Shown here: positions 28,380 to 41,089 of the stretch, one piece after another
Position numbering within the stretch: position 1 is the first letter of the stretch
How the letters are laid out: the number at the start of each line of letters is the position of its first letter
Assembly (NCBI GenBank): GCA_951406725.2
Contig: OX597831.1
Coordinates: 63,922,001-63,986,000, forward strand
Reading direction: 5' to 3'
Length of the DNA: 64,000 nucleotides
Origin: Octopus vulgaris
Taxonomy: Eukaryota
The notes under the pieces: generated by a model
What the model saw: the letters and a program-made list of their open reading frames with translations, nothing else
Database searches by the model: none
Told to the model about the DNA's origin: nothing
Position numbers and translations under genes: made by a program

Positions 28380-28504
28380 TGTATGTGCACATCTAGACAT
28401 GCAGCTATATGCATGAAAATACATACATAAAACAAAACATACAGATCTGCAATGCACTGACTCCAAACTTTGCACACATGCACACAAACATGCACAAGTA
28501 CTCT

Positions 28505-28815
28505 GGAGGCACATGGCCTAGTTGTTAGAGCAGCGGACTTGCAGTCGAGGGACCGTGGGTTCGAATCTCAGACCGGGCGATGTACGTGTTTATGAGCGAA
28601 AACACCTAAGCTCCACGCGGCTCCGGCAGAAGGTTTTGGCGAAACTTCTGCTGACTCTTTCGCCACAACTTTCTCTCAGTCTTTCCTCCTGTATCTTGCA
28701 GCTCACCTGCGATGGACCGGCGTCCCGTCCAGGTGGGGAACCTATACGCCTTAAAACTGGGAAACCGGCGCTTATGAGCAAGGCATGGCTCGAGAAGGAA
28801 CAAACAACAAAACAA
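28505..28815 (+). mobile_element. tRNA-derived SINE family B (GGAGGCACATGGCC head)
   Basis: Box A TGGCCTAGTTG, box B GGTTCGAATC, (CAA)n tail, 12-bp TSD cacaagtactct at 28493 and 28816; copy at 33452. Confidence 0.9.
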
Positions 28816-29570
28816 CACAAGTACTCTGTTGGTATGGTTGAAATTCCAACGAAGGAGCCTTTGATCGAGGTTAGAAACCGGCTCTTTCTCTATTAGCAAG
28901 ATATCTTGAAATAAAACTGAATAGTAGCATACATACATACATACATTGACACATATATACATACATACATATCTATATGTTTGTCTGTCTATAATTAACA
29001 CACACGCACGGATATGTTTACTTAACTTCATTATGTTCGCCCATCTCCAATGTGTTTTTCTATCTTTGTTGATCACTTGTATATTTTTAGCCTCTCCATC
29101 CTATCGTATCTGTTGCAGATACGTGACAAGCCATATAATCTAAAAGTTCAAATGTATGTTAATTGGAATACAACATTCTACATAAAATGAAGCTTATTAT
29201 TTTTCAATATATCGAATTTACGGTTACTTTTCTGCAGAACGCTAATTTGTTGAAGGAAGTTTTGAAGAAATGTTAACGGTTGAAATAGCAAATGATCGGC
29301 AATCTGTTACTTCCAACGACATATGGAATTAACAAGTTAATGTCTAAGAAATTTTATAGGAATTTTGAAGAATTGAATTTTTTTCAAAAAGATGTAGGTC
29401 TAAGGAAGATGGTAAGAAATTTACTTGGAAACAATTATTGTTAGATTTGAAACAAGAATTCTGTAAACAGAAAGTTTGTCAAAAGATAGAAAGACAGCTT
29501 GACTGTATAAAGTTGTCTGCTTGTTGGTTTATGTAAGTGCGAAACCATTTCCATTGTAATTTTTATCTTT

Positions 29571-29760
29571 AGCACGACGGGCGAAATGCGTAGCCGTATT
29601 TCGTCTGCCGTTACGTTCTGAATTCAAATTCCGCCAAGATCAACTTTGCCTTTCATCCATTTGGGGTCAATAAATTAAGAACCAGTTGCGTACTGGGGTC
29701 GATCTAATGGACTGGCCCTCTCCCCAAAGATTTCGGGCCTTGTGCCTAGAGTAGAAAAAG
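29571..29760 (+). mobile_element. SINE family A variant (different 3' tail)
   Basis: Shared central domain; tail ...CTTGTGCCTAGAGTAGAAAA. Confidence 0.8.
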
Positions 29761-29761
29761 T

Positions 29762-29960
29762 ATTTTATTTATTTCACTCATTTGACTGGCCATGGTGGGG
29801 CACCGCCTTCAAGAGTTTTAGTTGAAAAAATCGACCTCGGGACTTATTTTTAAAGCCTAGTACTTATCGTATCGGACTCTTCAGCCAAACCGCTAAGTTA
29901 TGGGAACCCACACACGCCAACACCGTTTGTCAAGTTGTGGTGAGGGACAAACACTGACAC
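29762..29960 (-). mobile_element. SINE family C 3' part (CR1-like LINE tail)
   Basis: Homologous to 60125-60328; GGCGGTGCCCCACCATGGCC tail. Confidence 0.75.
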
Positions 29961-30939
29961 ACTTACATAGACATACACACACATGCATACATACAAACAG
30001 AGCCAGAAGGTGTGTGCATATGACACTTGAATAGCCCCCAAGACAGATGTGGTGTTAGAGGCTGTTTCGTAAAGAGACGAAAACGGGATTCACAGGTTTC
30101 TGCAGTATGAAGCAGCGAATTATTGTATCAGTCAAATCTCAGGTGAGATACCTGGTATATCTGATACAGGTAAACAAGTGAGAATAAAGTCTATTAATAA
30201 TGAACAAATACAATCTGTCCTTTGGGCACCTCTACTCTTTCCGTCTACTCAATTCCACTCACACTCCTTTGTTCCACTGGGAACATGACAGAAGTCACTT
30301 ATCAAAATTATTTTGCATTGGGATCAAATCCCAATTCATGTGATCATTAACCCAACTTTATAACCAGTCGGCCATTACCAGTATTAATGCTGTTAAGAAC
30401 AGAGGGCTTTTAAATTTTAAATTCTTCCTACGGTCAACTTTATCTTTTATCGACTCAGCTTCGATAAACCATTCGTCAATCACAAATTGGGTTCAACTCG
30501 CCAATAATTTTTCCCCCAAAATTCGTTGTTATATACAAGTGTTAAAATTGATATTAAATTTTTGCTACGAAATAAAGAATTGATGAGCTTTCAGATGTCA
30601 TATCTGTATTTTTATTTACTTGACATTTTATGGTTAAAGTATTTCTGAAAGAGAATTATTTGTCATATTATTAGAATTTGTTTCTTTTTCTTGTTTGTCT
30701 TGTGTATGTTTATTTTATGCTCAATAAAGTCAGACACAAATCTCCGATTTGTAAGACTTTCGTTTGCAAGCAACCTTTGACTATATCGTTGGGTGGACTA
30801 TATCATTGCTTATCTAGTCACTCTGCATGAAGTTTCGTATGCTACGATAGTACCATTCATAGCTAACTCTGCTATTAGTTTCGTAATAACACGTATCTTC
30901 ACGTACTGTTAAAAATACTGAAAAATATAAAACTTTCAA

Positions 30940-31120
30940 TTTTTGGTACAAGGTCAGCAATTTCAAGGGAGGGGCATGTCTATTACATGGACCCCAGTAC
31001 TCCGAAAGGATGAGAGGTAAAGTCGACCCTGGCGGAATTTGAACTCAGAACGTAAAGATGGACGAATTGCCGCTAACCATTTTGCTCGGCGTGCTGACGA
31101 TTCAGCCAAATCGCCGCCCT
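30940..31120 (-). mobile_element. SINE family A variant
   Basis: GGCGGAATTTGAACTCAGAACGT...TCGCCGCC signature. Confidence 0.8.
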
Positions 31121-31156
31121 TATACTGGCTATATATATATATATATATATATATAT

Positions 31157-31201
31157 CGTGCGCTGATGACGGGTCAATACCCAGAAACTACAGTCCGTGC
31201 G
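31157..31201 (+). ncRNA. minimal type-I hammerhead ribozyme
   Basis: cgugcg CUGAUGA C GGGU caau ACCC A GAAA CUACAG UC cgugcg; helix I is 6 bp including two G.U pairs. Confidence 0.7.
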
Positions 31202-32163
31202 TATCACTTGGGTTGACGAGGGAAGGATGACCTCCCTTTGCAAATACCGATAGGGCACAGAAAGTGTGTCAATAGCCAGCGGGAGAAGATGTTCTCCTGG
31301 GGCTACAAGTTATAGTAACATCCACCCTTAGTGGTTAGCCATATTGAGATGGCAAATATACCTCGTCCAGAGATTTATTATTGTAGATATATGTATATAT
31401 TTGAGATTTAAAACTCTTCATCTGTAAAATCGATAGAATGGCGGTCAGTTGCGAATTCTTTGTAGTATATTTTCAGTTATTTGCGCTATGCTAAGTCCAT
31501 GGCTAATACACTTAATTCTCAAATAGCCAAGGTTACAATAAATCTCTACGCTGCCTGATACACTGAAACAAATATTGTTGACATGTTGTTTCGGTTAACT
31601 AGCAGGTCTGCATTCTACATTTTCAACGACTGTTACTTGGAAACCTTGGTCTTCATCAGTTAATTTATCTTTGAGAGACGATGTGAAGAAGGGAGTCGTA
31701 GAGCTATGTTCGTCACTTGCAATCAACTTTGAACAAGTCTTGATATTCAAAACCAATTTATTGGAGATGAGAAAAAGTAATTTTCCCTCTATACAAATCG
31801 ACTATTTGATATTTCTTTTTAAATTCGGCAAACCTTCTTTTTTTTATATATATACTTGAAGTTTCTTTGTCATGCTCCTCGATATTTTCTAAATAGTTCA
31901 GCCAGTTATATTACACAAAAAATTTGATTATACTTCAAAGTTGCTACGTTCGGTCACTCCAAACATTAATGAACTAACTTAATGATCTACACTAATTATT
32001 GAATATAGAAACAACATGCCTTTGATTCATGAACGGAAAATAGGGGTAGTTTCTTGTGGAGAATTAAATTACCATTTTAACGACACCATGCAACGAGTAT
32101 GTATGAAAATATATCAATAGATATTTACATATACATGTGTGATAGATAGTTATACATACATAC

Positions 32164-32194
<31 letters not shown>

Positions 32195-32200
32195 CATACA

Positions 32201-32234
<34 letters not shown>

Positions 32235-32365
32235 AATGTGTGTGTGTGTAGGTGTGAGTGTGTGTGTATGTGTGTGTGTGTAGACATGTATGTATAGTTA
32301 CCTATCTTTCTGTCTGGCTGGCTGACTGTCTGGCTGTATATTTACATATACATTGTAATAGCTAT

Positions 32366-32396
<31 letters not shown>

Positions 32397-32446
32397 GACA
32401 TGTATGTATAGTTATCTACCTGTCTATCTGTCTGTCTATCTATTTG

Positions 32447-32487
<41 letters not shown>

Positions 32488-33451
32488 CTATCTATCTATC
32501 TATCTATGTACCTAGTTGTTATTGTCTACAATATATAATTACTTACATAAATACACACAACGCGTACTTTAGAGAAAAGAAAATAGCATGCACATGTGAG
32601 TACGTTGTGTGTACGTTTGCGCGTGTATATGTGTAAGTACTGTGTCTGTGAGTTGGTGTGAATAATATATATGACGCTCATGCATATATATATGTGACAT
32701 TCATGCCACAGTATTAGAAGTGAAAGTGAAACTGAAGTGAGATATTTTAAACCGGGCATACATCTTAGACCATGATATTCTGTTAACATTCCATTGAAAT
32801 ATGTTTACTTCTCTCATACGCATATAGAGTATTTCTAGGATTACACACTTTCGTTATGGAGTCTGTGTAGTTGTGTTTCTCGAGCTACCGTCTGCTTAAC
32901 CCGTTTATCTCTAACTAAAGCTTCTCTGTGATCACTTACGGATTAGTGAATAGCTTCCTTACTTTGAAAGCAAGTCGTTTGGGATCGGTTTCCCATTAAT
33001 ACATACTTTAAAATTTCCCAGAAAGCATAATTCTCTCTCTCTCTTTTTTTTTCTTTCTGTTTCTTAATATCGATTTTCACAGCTTCTTGCAATACTTATC
33101 GACTTTATGCATTCTATTATCTACGAATAATGAATCGGAACATGTTTCTTATAATCTCTCTCTATATTTGAAGGCTTATTTCTTTTCCGAGCGATATATA
33201 CGTTAGCTTTTCGTATTGTCTTTATAAATCTGAGTATTAGTTGTCATATAATACTTTGAGCCACACACAGTTTTCTAATTGTCCAACTAGCTGAACTAAC
33301 ACAGAGATAAACTGCCTTCCGATTGTAAGCAAACGTGCCAAGGTAGGTAAGAAAGCATTTAGATTTAAGCAGTAGGCGGCTTCATCATATATAATGTTTT
33401 ACATAAGTTTCCAATTCATACATACTTACATGCATACATACATAGACACGT

Positions 33452-33753
33452 GGAGGCACATGGCCTAGTGGTTAGAGCAGCGGACTCGCGGTCGAGGGAT
33501 CGCGGGTTCGAATCTCAGACCGGACAATGTGTGTGTTTATGAGCGAAACACCTAAGCTCCACGCGGCTCCGGCAGAAGGTAATGGCTTACTTTGCTGACT
33601 CTTTTGCCACAACTTTCTCTCACTCTTTCTTCCAGCATCTCGCAGCTCACCTGCGATGGACCGGCGTCCCGTCCAGGTGGGGAACCTATACGCCAAGGAA
33701 ACCGGGAAACCGGCCCTTATGAGCCAGGCATGGCTCGAGAAGGAACGAACAAC
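33452..33753 (+). mobile_element. SINE family B
   Basis: Boxes A and B intact; homologous to 28505-28815. Confidence 0.9.
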
Positions 33754-34316
33754 AGCATATATATATTGACACGCGCGCATACACACATATATATGTATAT
33801 GTTGTTGTATATGAGTGTATATTTATATATACATTTACACACACACACATACACACACACACGCACACACATACACACACACAAGCACACGCATATATAT
33901 ATATATATGTATGTATATTCAGTCAGTTAATTGAAATTAAGATAATTTTTGAAGATGAAATAGAGGACACCACAAAGACGACAGGTTATAAAATGATACC
34001 AACTTATGATTGAATCAAAAATAACATTAATAATAAAAAGTTGAAATTAATTAAATTTCTTAAAACTTGGTACTATTTCCAGCACACTGGAAACTACAAA
34101 GATCTTAATGTCATTTAATTTTTATTAACCCCTGCGAGGTTTCTATTTCAAGTTGTCTGAAATTATCAGGAATAGAAAATATTAATTAGACTTGCGTACG
34201 TGTTGTATGGGAGAGTTTGTGTATGTGTGTATGTGTGTGTGTGCGTGTGTGTGTGTGTGTGCGTGTGTGTGTGTGTGTGTGAGTGTGCGTGTGTGTTTGC
34301 GCGCGCGAGCGCGTGA

Positions 34317-34355
<39 letters not shown>

Positions 34356-34578
34356 TCTGCCCTTCAATTTGTGTATGTATCAGTGTATGTATAAGTAATT
34401 TCCAAAATAAACAGCGAAGTTGAATTCTTATTTGAAAAGAAAATATTTAACTTTGCTTACTGACAAATCTCCAAAAGACTCTTAAGTACCATATATCTCA
34501 ACCAATTTTCTCCTAAAACGTAGAATCGTACAGTCGAAACTAACAGTACCCATTCCTAATAGTATGCTCATAGCTAAA

Positions 34579-34810
34579 GTGGCGAGCTGGCAGAATCGTT
34601 AACACGCCGGGCAAAATGCTTAGCGGTATTTCGTCTGCCGCTACGTTCTGAGTTCAAATTCCGCCGAGGTCGACTTTGCCTTTCATCCTTTCGGGGTCGA
34701 TAAATTAAGTACCAGTTACGCACTGGGGTCGATGTAATCGACTTAATCCCCTTGTTTGTGCCTGTTTGTCCCCTCTATGTTTAGCCCCTTGTGGGCAATA
34801 AAGAAATAAG
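34579..34810 (+). mobile_element. SINE family A, full length
   Basis: Complete from head to AATAAAGAAATA tail. Confidence 0.9.
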
Positions 34811-34812
34811 AA

Positions 34813-35008
34813 TCGTTGCTACTCATCTCCTCTGGAAACCATCTACTCGCAATACCAGAGGGCACACACTCTCCTGACCTGATGTAATCTCCAGGGATAC
34901 AGGCTTCCAGCAACAGGACCTCCGTAATACTATGATGGACCGTGAAGTCTGGCGTAGCATGGTGAATTCCATTGTCTCGACCACGGTCGAACAATGATGA
35001 TGATGATG
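34813..35008 (+). mobile_element. RTE-like LINE 3' end with (TGA)n tail
   Basis: LLWKPSTRNTRGHTLS*PDVISRDTG..DLRNTMMDREVWRSMV resembles RTE ORF C-termini. Confidence 0.75.
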
Positions 35009-35365
35009 ACATACAATCCTCCCAACTATGGCAAAATCTCCATAAGCTTCACAAATATTTTCCCTCGTTTTATGTATTTTTTTATTTTCCGGAAATATAA
35101 GAACATCAAATGACAAAGATATATCTCATTTCCACCAATTTTTACTGTTAACATAAAAACAGTTGAAATAAACCATATAAATTATCCACAGGGCAATTAT
35201 AGAGAAATATCAACTTTCAGAACATATATGTATATATTTCATGTGCTTCTGTTACGTTAACAGGGAAATCATGTGTTGGTGGCGTTTACACCACCAACTA
35301 GAAAACTGTACGAAATTTTGCTTCAACGCAATATGTTTATGAATATGTGAGTGTTTGCGGGTATT

Positions 35366-35434
<69 letters not shown>

Positions 35435-35444
35435 ATGTATATAC

Positions 35445-35580
35445 TGCTGTGCCTGGGGAGAGTCATTCTCTTTTAGTGCCTTATTATTTAACACACTCAC
35501 CGGTAAAATTTCCACTTATTTCTTATTTTTATTTTCTAAAATTTTCGTTGCGTGTTGCAACCTTTTCAATAGTCTTGACT
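35445..35580 (-). repeat. second copy of the 140-bp repeat, hammerhead-like motif at 35536-35572
   Basis: Homologous to 22631-22769; GUUGC/GCAAC helix kept, loop changed. Confidence 0.65.
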
Positions 35581-35728
35581 CTCTTTTATGAAGTGGAGCT
35601 GTCGCGTAGCTATCTTGATTTTCAGATAGCAGAACACGGTGTTTCTCAATGTCTTGCCAGACACAACAGAATATGCTTCAACACACGAACTCATATAAAG
35701 AATCTTGCAAACCAAATCCAAAAACGAA

Positions 35729-35767
<39 letters not shown>

Positions 35768-35862
35768 TATCCACATATTTACAAGTATAGATAGTTAGAT
35801 AGATACATAGATAGATAGATAGATAGATAGATAGAGAGATAGATAGATAAATTGATAGATAC

Positions 35863-35899
<37 letters not shown>

Positions 35900-35958
35900 C
35901 TGGATGTGTTAGTAAACAGCATTAAAGGATACAAACTTTCTGAACCCTTACGAAATAT

Positions 35959-38036
35959 AATGAATATTTAATGCATTACCACTGTTCATTTAATGAACAT
36001 TCAATGCATTACCACTGTTCATTTAATGAACATTTAATGCATTACCACTGTTCATTTAATGAATGTTTATTAATGAACCATTCAATGCAACCACTTATGA
36101 ACATTTAATGCATTACCACTGTTCATTTAATGAACATTCAATGCATTACCACTGTTCATTTAATGAACATTTAATGCATTACCACTGTTCATTTAATGAA
36201 CATTTAATGCATTACCACTGTTCATTTAATGAACATTTAATGCATTACCACTGTTCATTTAATGAACATTTAATGCATTACCACTTTCATTTAATGAACA
36301 TTTAATGCATTACCACTGTTCATTTAATGAACATTCAATGCATTACCACTGTTCATTTAATGAACATTAATGCATTACCACTGTTCATTTAATGAACATT
36401 TAATGCATTACCACTGTTCATTTAATGAACATTTAATGCATTACCACTGTTCATTTAATGAACATTCAATGCATTACCACTGTTCATTTAATGAACATTC
36501 AATGCATTACAACTGTTCATTTAATGAACATTTAATGCATTACCACTGTTCATTTAATGAACATTTAATGCATTACCACTGTTCATTTAATGAACATTCA
36601 TTATGTGCATTACCACTGTTCATTTAATGAACATTTAATGCATTACCACTGTTCATTTAATGAACATTCAATGCATTACCACTGTTCATTTAATGAACAT
36701 TTAATGCATTACCACTGTTCATTTAATGAACATTCAATAATGCATTACCACTGTTCATTTAATGAACATTTAATGCATTACCACTGTTCATTTAATGAAC
36801 ATTCAATGCATTACCACTGTTCATTTAATGAACATTCAATGCATTACCACTGTTCATTTAATGAACATTTAATGCATTACCACTGTTCATTTAATGAACA
36901 TTTAATGCATTACCACTGTTCATTTAATGAACATTCAATGCATTACCACTGTTCATTTAATGAACATTTAATACATTACCACTGTTCATTTAATGAACAT
37001 TTAATGCATTACCACTGTTCATTTAATGAACATTCAATGCATTACCACTGTTCATTTAATGAACATTCAATGCATTACCACTGTTCATTTAATGAACATT
37101 CAATGCATTACCACTGTTCATTTAATGAACATTCAATGCATTACCACTGTTCATTTAATGAACATTTAATGCATTACCACTGTTCATTTAATGAACATTT
37201 CAATGCATTACCACTGTTCATTTAATGAACATTTCAATGCATTACCACTGTTCATTTAATGAACATTTAATGCATTACCACTGTTCATTTAATGAACATT
37301 CAGTGCATTACCACTGTTCATTTAATGAACATTTAATGCATTACCACTGTTCATTTAATGAACATTTAATGCATTACCACTGTTCATTTAATGAACATTC
37401 AGTGCATTACCACTGTTCATTTAATGAACATTCAGTGCATTACCACTGTTCATTTAATGAACATTCAGTGCATTACCACTGTTCATTTAATGAACATTCA
37501 GTGCATTACCACTGTTCATTTAATGAACATTTAATGCATTACCACTGTTCATTTAATGAACATTCAGTGCGTTACCACTGTTCATTTAATGAACATTCAG
37601 TGCGTTACCACCGTTCATTTAATGAACATTCAATACATTACCACTGTTCATTTAATGAACATTCAGTGCATTACCACTGTTCATTTAATGAACATTTAAT
37701 GCATTACCACTGTTCATTTAATGAACATTCAATGCATTACCACTGTTCATTTAATGAACATTCAGTGCATTACCACTGTTCATTTAATGAACATTCAGTG
37801 CGTTACCACTGTTCATTTAATGAACATTTAATGCATTACCACCGTTCATTTAATGAACATTCAATACATTACCACTGTTCATTTAATGAACATTCAGTGC
37901 ATTACCACTGTTCATTTAATGAACATTTAATGCATTACCACTGTTCATTTAATGAACATTCAATGCATTACCACTGTTCATTTAATGAACATTTAATGCA
38001 TTACCACTGTTCATTTAATGAACATTCAATGCATTA
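35959..38036. repeat. 33-bp minisatellite, ~63 units: ATGCATTACCACTGTTCATTTAATGAACATT(T/C)A
   Basis: Direct reading; 11-aa periodicity (MHYHCSFNEHL/S) in the ORF track. Confidence 0.97.
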
Positions 38037-39491
38037 TCATAGGGAAAGAAACCATTATCCGAGTGAGTTAAACGTTTCTCACACATCGGTTAGCTTGGAG
38101 AATAAATGTAACTTATGCCGGCATGAATACGGCTTCAGAAAAAGCGTTTCTATTTAGTCACATGAAAGGTGTGTTAATAATTTTTAGATTGAAATATTTG
38201 GGTAACACGACTCATTATAGATTATAATATAAGAAATATAGATTATACACACGCATGTACATACATGAACATGCGTCATATGTGTATGTATGCATAGTAC
38301 CACGCGCCACGTATGATAACATCCTTTGAGAATGCTGCAGCCAAGATTAATCGGATTCTCAATGCAAGAAGACTAAGTAGATGGCCATCAATGAGGATGA
38401 AAACCACCAGACAGTTTGTTCCAACAATGGTACACGACCCAAGAATAATGTGCCATCGTTGACTTTAAGTGTCTTGGGATCTATGTTACTGATATAAGAA
38501 AGACTTCTTGGAAACCGCAAGAAGTTACAAGCTTCTTAACGTCTGGCAATCGACTCCTAAAAAGTCAACCTTCTTCAGGGTGTGTATAAAGAGTATTTTT
38601 TTCTGTGGAGAAAGAACTTTAAAATCACTTTAAGCATGTGAATACCACGTTTCTCGTAAATTCTCAAAGTATCTCAAAACCGAATAGCCTTGGCTGCAGC
38701 ATTTCCAAAGTATGTAATCATATATTGCGCATCGTACTATACTTAAATACTAAGAAGAGACACACAAATAAGAAAGAAGAAAGCAAAGGACCACTGATGC
38801 GGTCACAGGAGTGTAACGAAAGAACTCTGACCGAAATAAGATTAAGATTAATGTAAAAAATAAATAACGCTGAAGCAAAGTAACACCAAATATATAGTGC
38901 GTGTGTTTTTATTGGCTACACTGGCAAAATGATCATTCCTAAATACAACAACATAAATACATACATATATACATAAATATTGCGTGTGTGTATATAATAT
39001 TTCGTGTATAATGAGTCATTTCCCAGATATTTAAATCTAAAAATTATTGGTGTACCTTACACATGACTACACAGAACACATTTTTGTGTAGCCAGATTTG
39101 TGCTGGCATATGTTACATTTATTCTCGAAGCTCATAGATGTGCAGAGTTACATTTAAATCACTAGGATGATGTTTCTTTTCTGCACCCATCTCAACGCAG
39201 TATTGTAAATCAGGTCCTATCGGAAGTTATTTTTATTGAACATTTTATTTTGGAGATTTTCATACCCTATTACAAGACATTCAGTTACATTGAATTAATG
39301 GTTGAGATACACAGCATGAAACCGAAAAATCAACCAAAACTAAGAGCAGATAGAAATTTCTGGTGTTAGTTAGTGTAACGTATCTTGGTGATGGCAGCTA
39401 AAGAAATAGAAGATCGGAATGCCATAGGTAATACCAATTGTCCAAGCTAACTGAAATGTAATTAAATGTTTAAATTACTATAATAATAATG

Positions 39492-39939
39492 GGATCTTTT
39501 CGGTTTGAACGGCTGTTTTTTCTAACAGTGTCATATGAAATTGTCACCCATAATTATGACCCTAGTATCGATCTATTGCATTTCAATCTGTTTTAGGGTT
39601 AGAGTAAGGGTTAGGGTTAGGTAGTTAGGGTTAGGGTTAGCGGTGGGGGGAAAAGGGTATCTTTTTTTTTAGAAATGTAAATAAACCCAATCTGTTTCTT
39701 AAACGAGGGACATATTCATACGGCACAGAATGTTTTCAACTCAATAGACGTCATTGATTGGTTGAAATTGCAGAAATCGAAAAAAATAACAACAAACATC
39801 TTACAAACTATAGAATTTTCTCAATAAAGCCAAGAAAAAAAGATGTTTTATAAAGACATTTTACCGGTATACGAAGTTTAAAAGTGTTTAGTTACGTGGA
39901 AATTATTTTAAAATACTGCAGGTCAAACCGAAATGATCC
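39492..39939 (+). mobile_element. MITE copy 2
   Basis: TIRs; flanked by a 17-19-bp imperfect duplication aattactataata(at)aatg. Confidence 0.9.
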
Positions 39940-40237
39940 AATTACTATAATAAATGTTATAGGAAAATGTTACATTTTTCTATAGTCATGAAAATGAATA
40001 TGTTCATTATATCTCGTAGGTGCGCCAAATAACATCGGGTGGTTAAATTTTGCTTTCTATTTCTCTAACGAATCTATTCCGAAACGGAAACAACAAAATA
40101 ACGTACTTAGTTCTTGTTCGTACACTGCTCCGGAACTGCTTAAATTTTTATTTGTGAGTCGTTAACCTTCCATAATTAGTAATATACCTCACAGTCATTG
40201 TCTCTGGGAATTTTTTAGTCAGTATCTAGTTTAATAT

Positions 40238-40470
40238 AGGCGGCGAGCTGGCAGAATCGTTAGCCCGCCGGGCGAAATGCGTAGCCGTATTTCGTCTGCC
40301 GTTACGTTCAGAGTTCAAATTCCGCCGAGGTCGACTTTACCTTTCATCCTTTCGGGGTCGATAAATTAAGTACTAGTTACACACCGGGGTTGATGTAATC
40401 GACTTAATCCATTTGTCTGTCCTTGTTTGTCCCGGCTATGTTTAGTCCTTTGTGGGTAATAAAAAAAAAA
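40238..40470 (+). mobile_element. SINE family A, full length
   Basis: Flanked by the direct repeat tatctagtttaatat. Confidence 0.9.
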
Positions 40471-40506
40471 ATTTTTTTATTAAAAAAAATATCTAGTTTA
40501 ATATGA

Positions 40507-40780
40507 AGGCTCAGGGCCTAAGTTTAGATTGTTGCACGAAAATCGTGGTTTCGATCTCCAGACCGGCAGTGCGTTGTATTCTTGAGCAAACTATTGCATT
40601 TCCTGTTGCTCCAGTCCACTCAGCCGTAAATGGATCACTGTGACGAACTGGGGGTTCCTTTCAAGGAAATTGTCGGCCTACCCGTTTGGCTATTTGCGTG
40701 GAATACATTCGAGAGCTAAAAAGAATGCGAAGCACAAATGTGGCCATCGGTGTATAACATCTGATAGTCTGATCGACACT
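40507..40780 (+). mobile_element. decayed CORE-like tRNA SINE (family D)
   Basis: Shares TTCTTGAGCAA..CCAGT(C/T)CACTCAGC with 47801-48120. Confidence 0.55.
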
Positions 40781-41089
40781 GTGATATAGTTTAATACGTT
40801 AGCATCGTTTTAAGATAGCTAGAATTTATATAATATTTTTTCCTTTTATATCACTAAAGGGCTTTAAACATTAAATTAATCAATATATCTTGCCCAATTT
40901 CTTTTTAATCTAATTTTTAAAATGCCAGATCGTTAGCGACTGATGTTCACACAAAAATCCCCAAACTAATTATATTTTCCTTAATCTAGCCATTTATATT
41001 CTTTTATTTATTTAAAAAAGATCGAATAATAAAAAATAGTTTCACCTGTTGTCCTGTTGCCAGTGACAACATTTGTAAAAATAAATTTA

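Larger units (their letters stand above)
27094..28925 (+). mobile_element. second RLE-type LINE 3' fragment, interrupted by a mariner and a SINE
   Basis: LMRHDVVAKILY..YWWNV*VKT..KCK.NIPD..RKLIRRLQIQAI.GTVK; the putative 3' UTR continues after the insertions. Confidence 0.6.

Noticed and set aside
33200-33350. Possible host exon ending at AAG/GTAGGTAAG
   Set aside because: There is only a donor-like motif, with no ORF or homology; RNA-seq is needed.
33452-33525. tRNA gene
   Set aside because: The tRNA-like head continues into a SINE body with a tail and has dispersed copies.
34129-34173. Possible additional hammerhead (CUGAUAA..GAAACCUCGCA, minus strand)
   Set aside because: The core and cleavage triplet are degenerate; at best a decayed relic.
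35959-38036. CRISPR-like array (palindromic ~33-bp repeats)
   Set aside because: The repeats are contiguous with no unique spacers, there are no cas genes, and the context is eukaryotic.
39590-39650. True telomere or chromosome fusion site
   Set aside because: The TTAGGG units are short and internal to a dispersed MITE.
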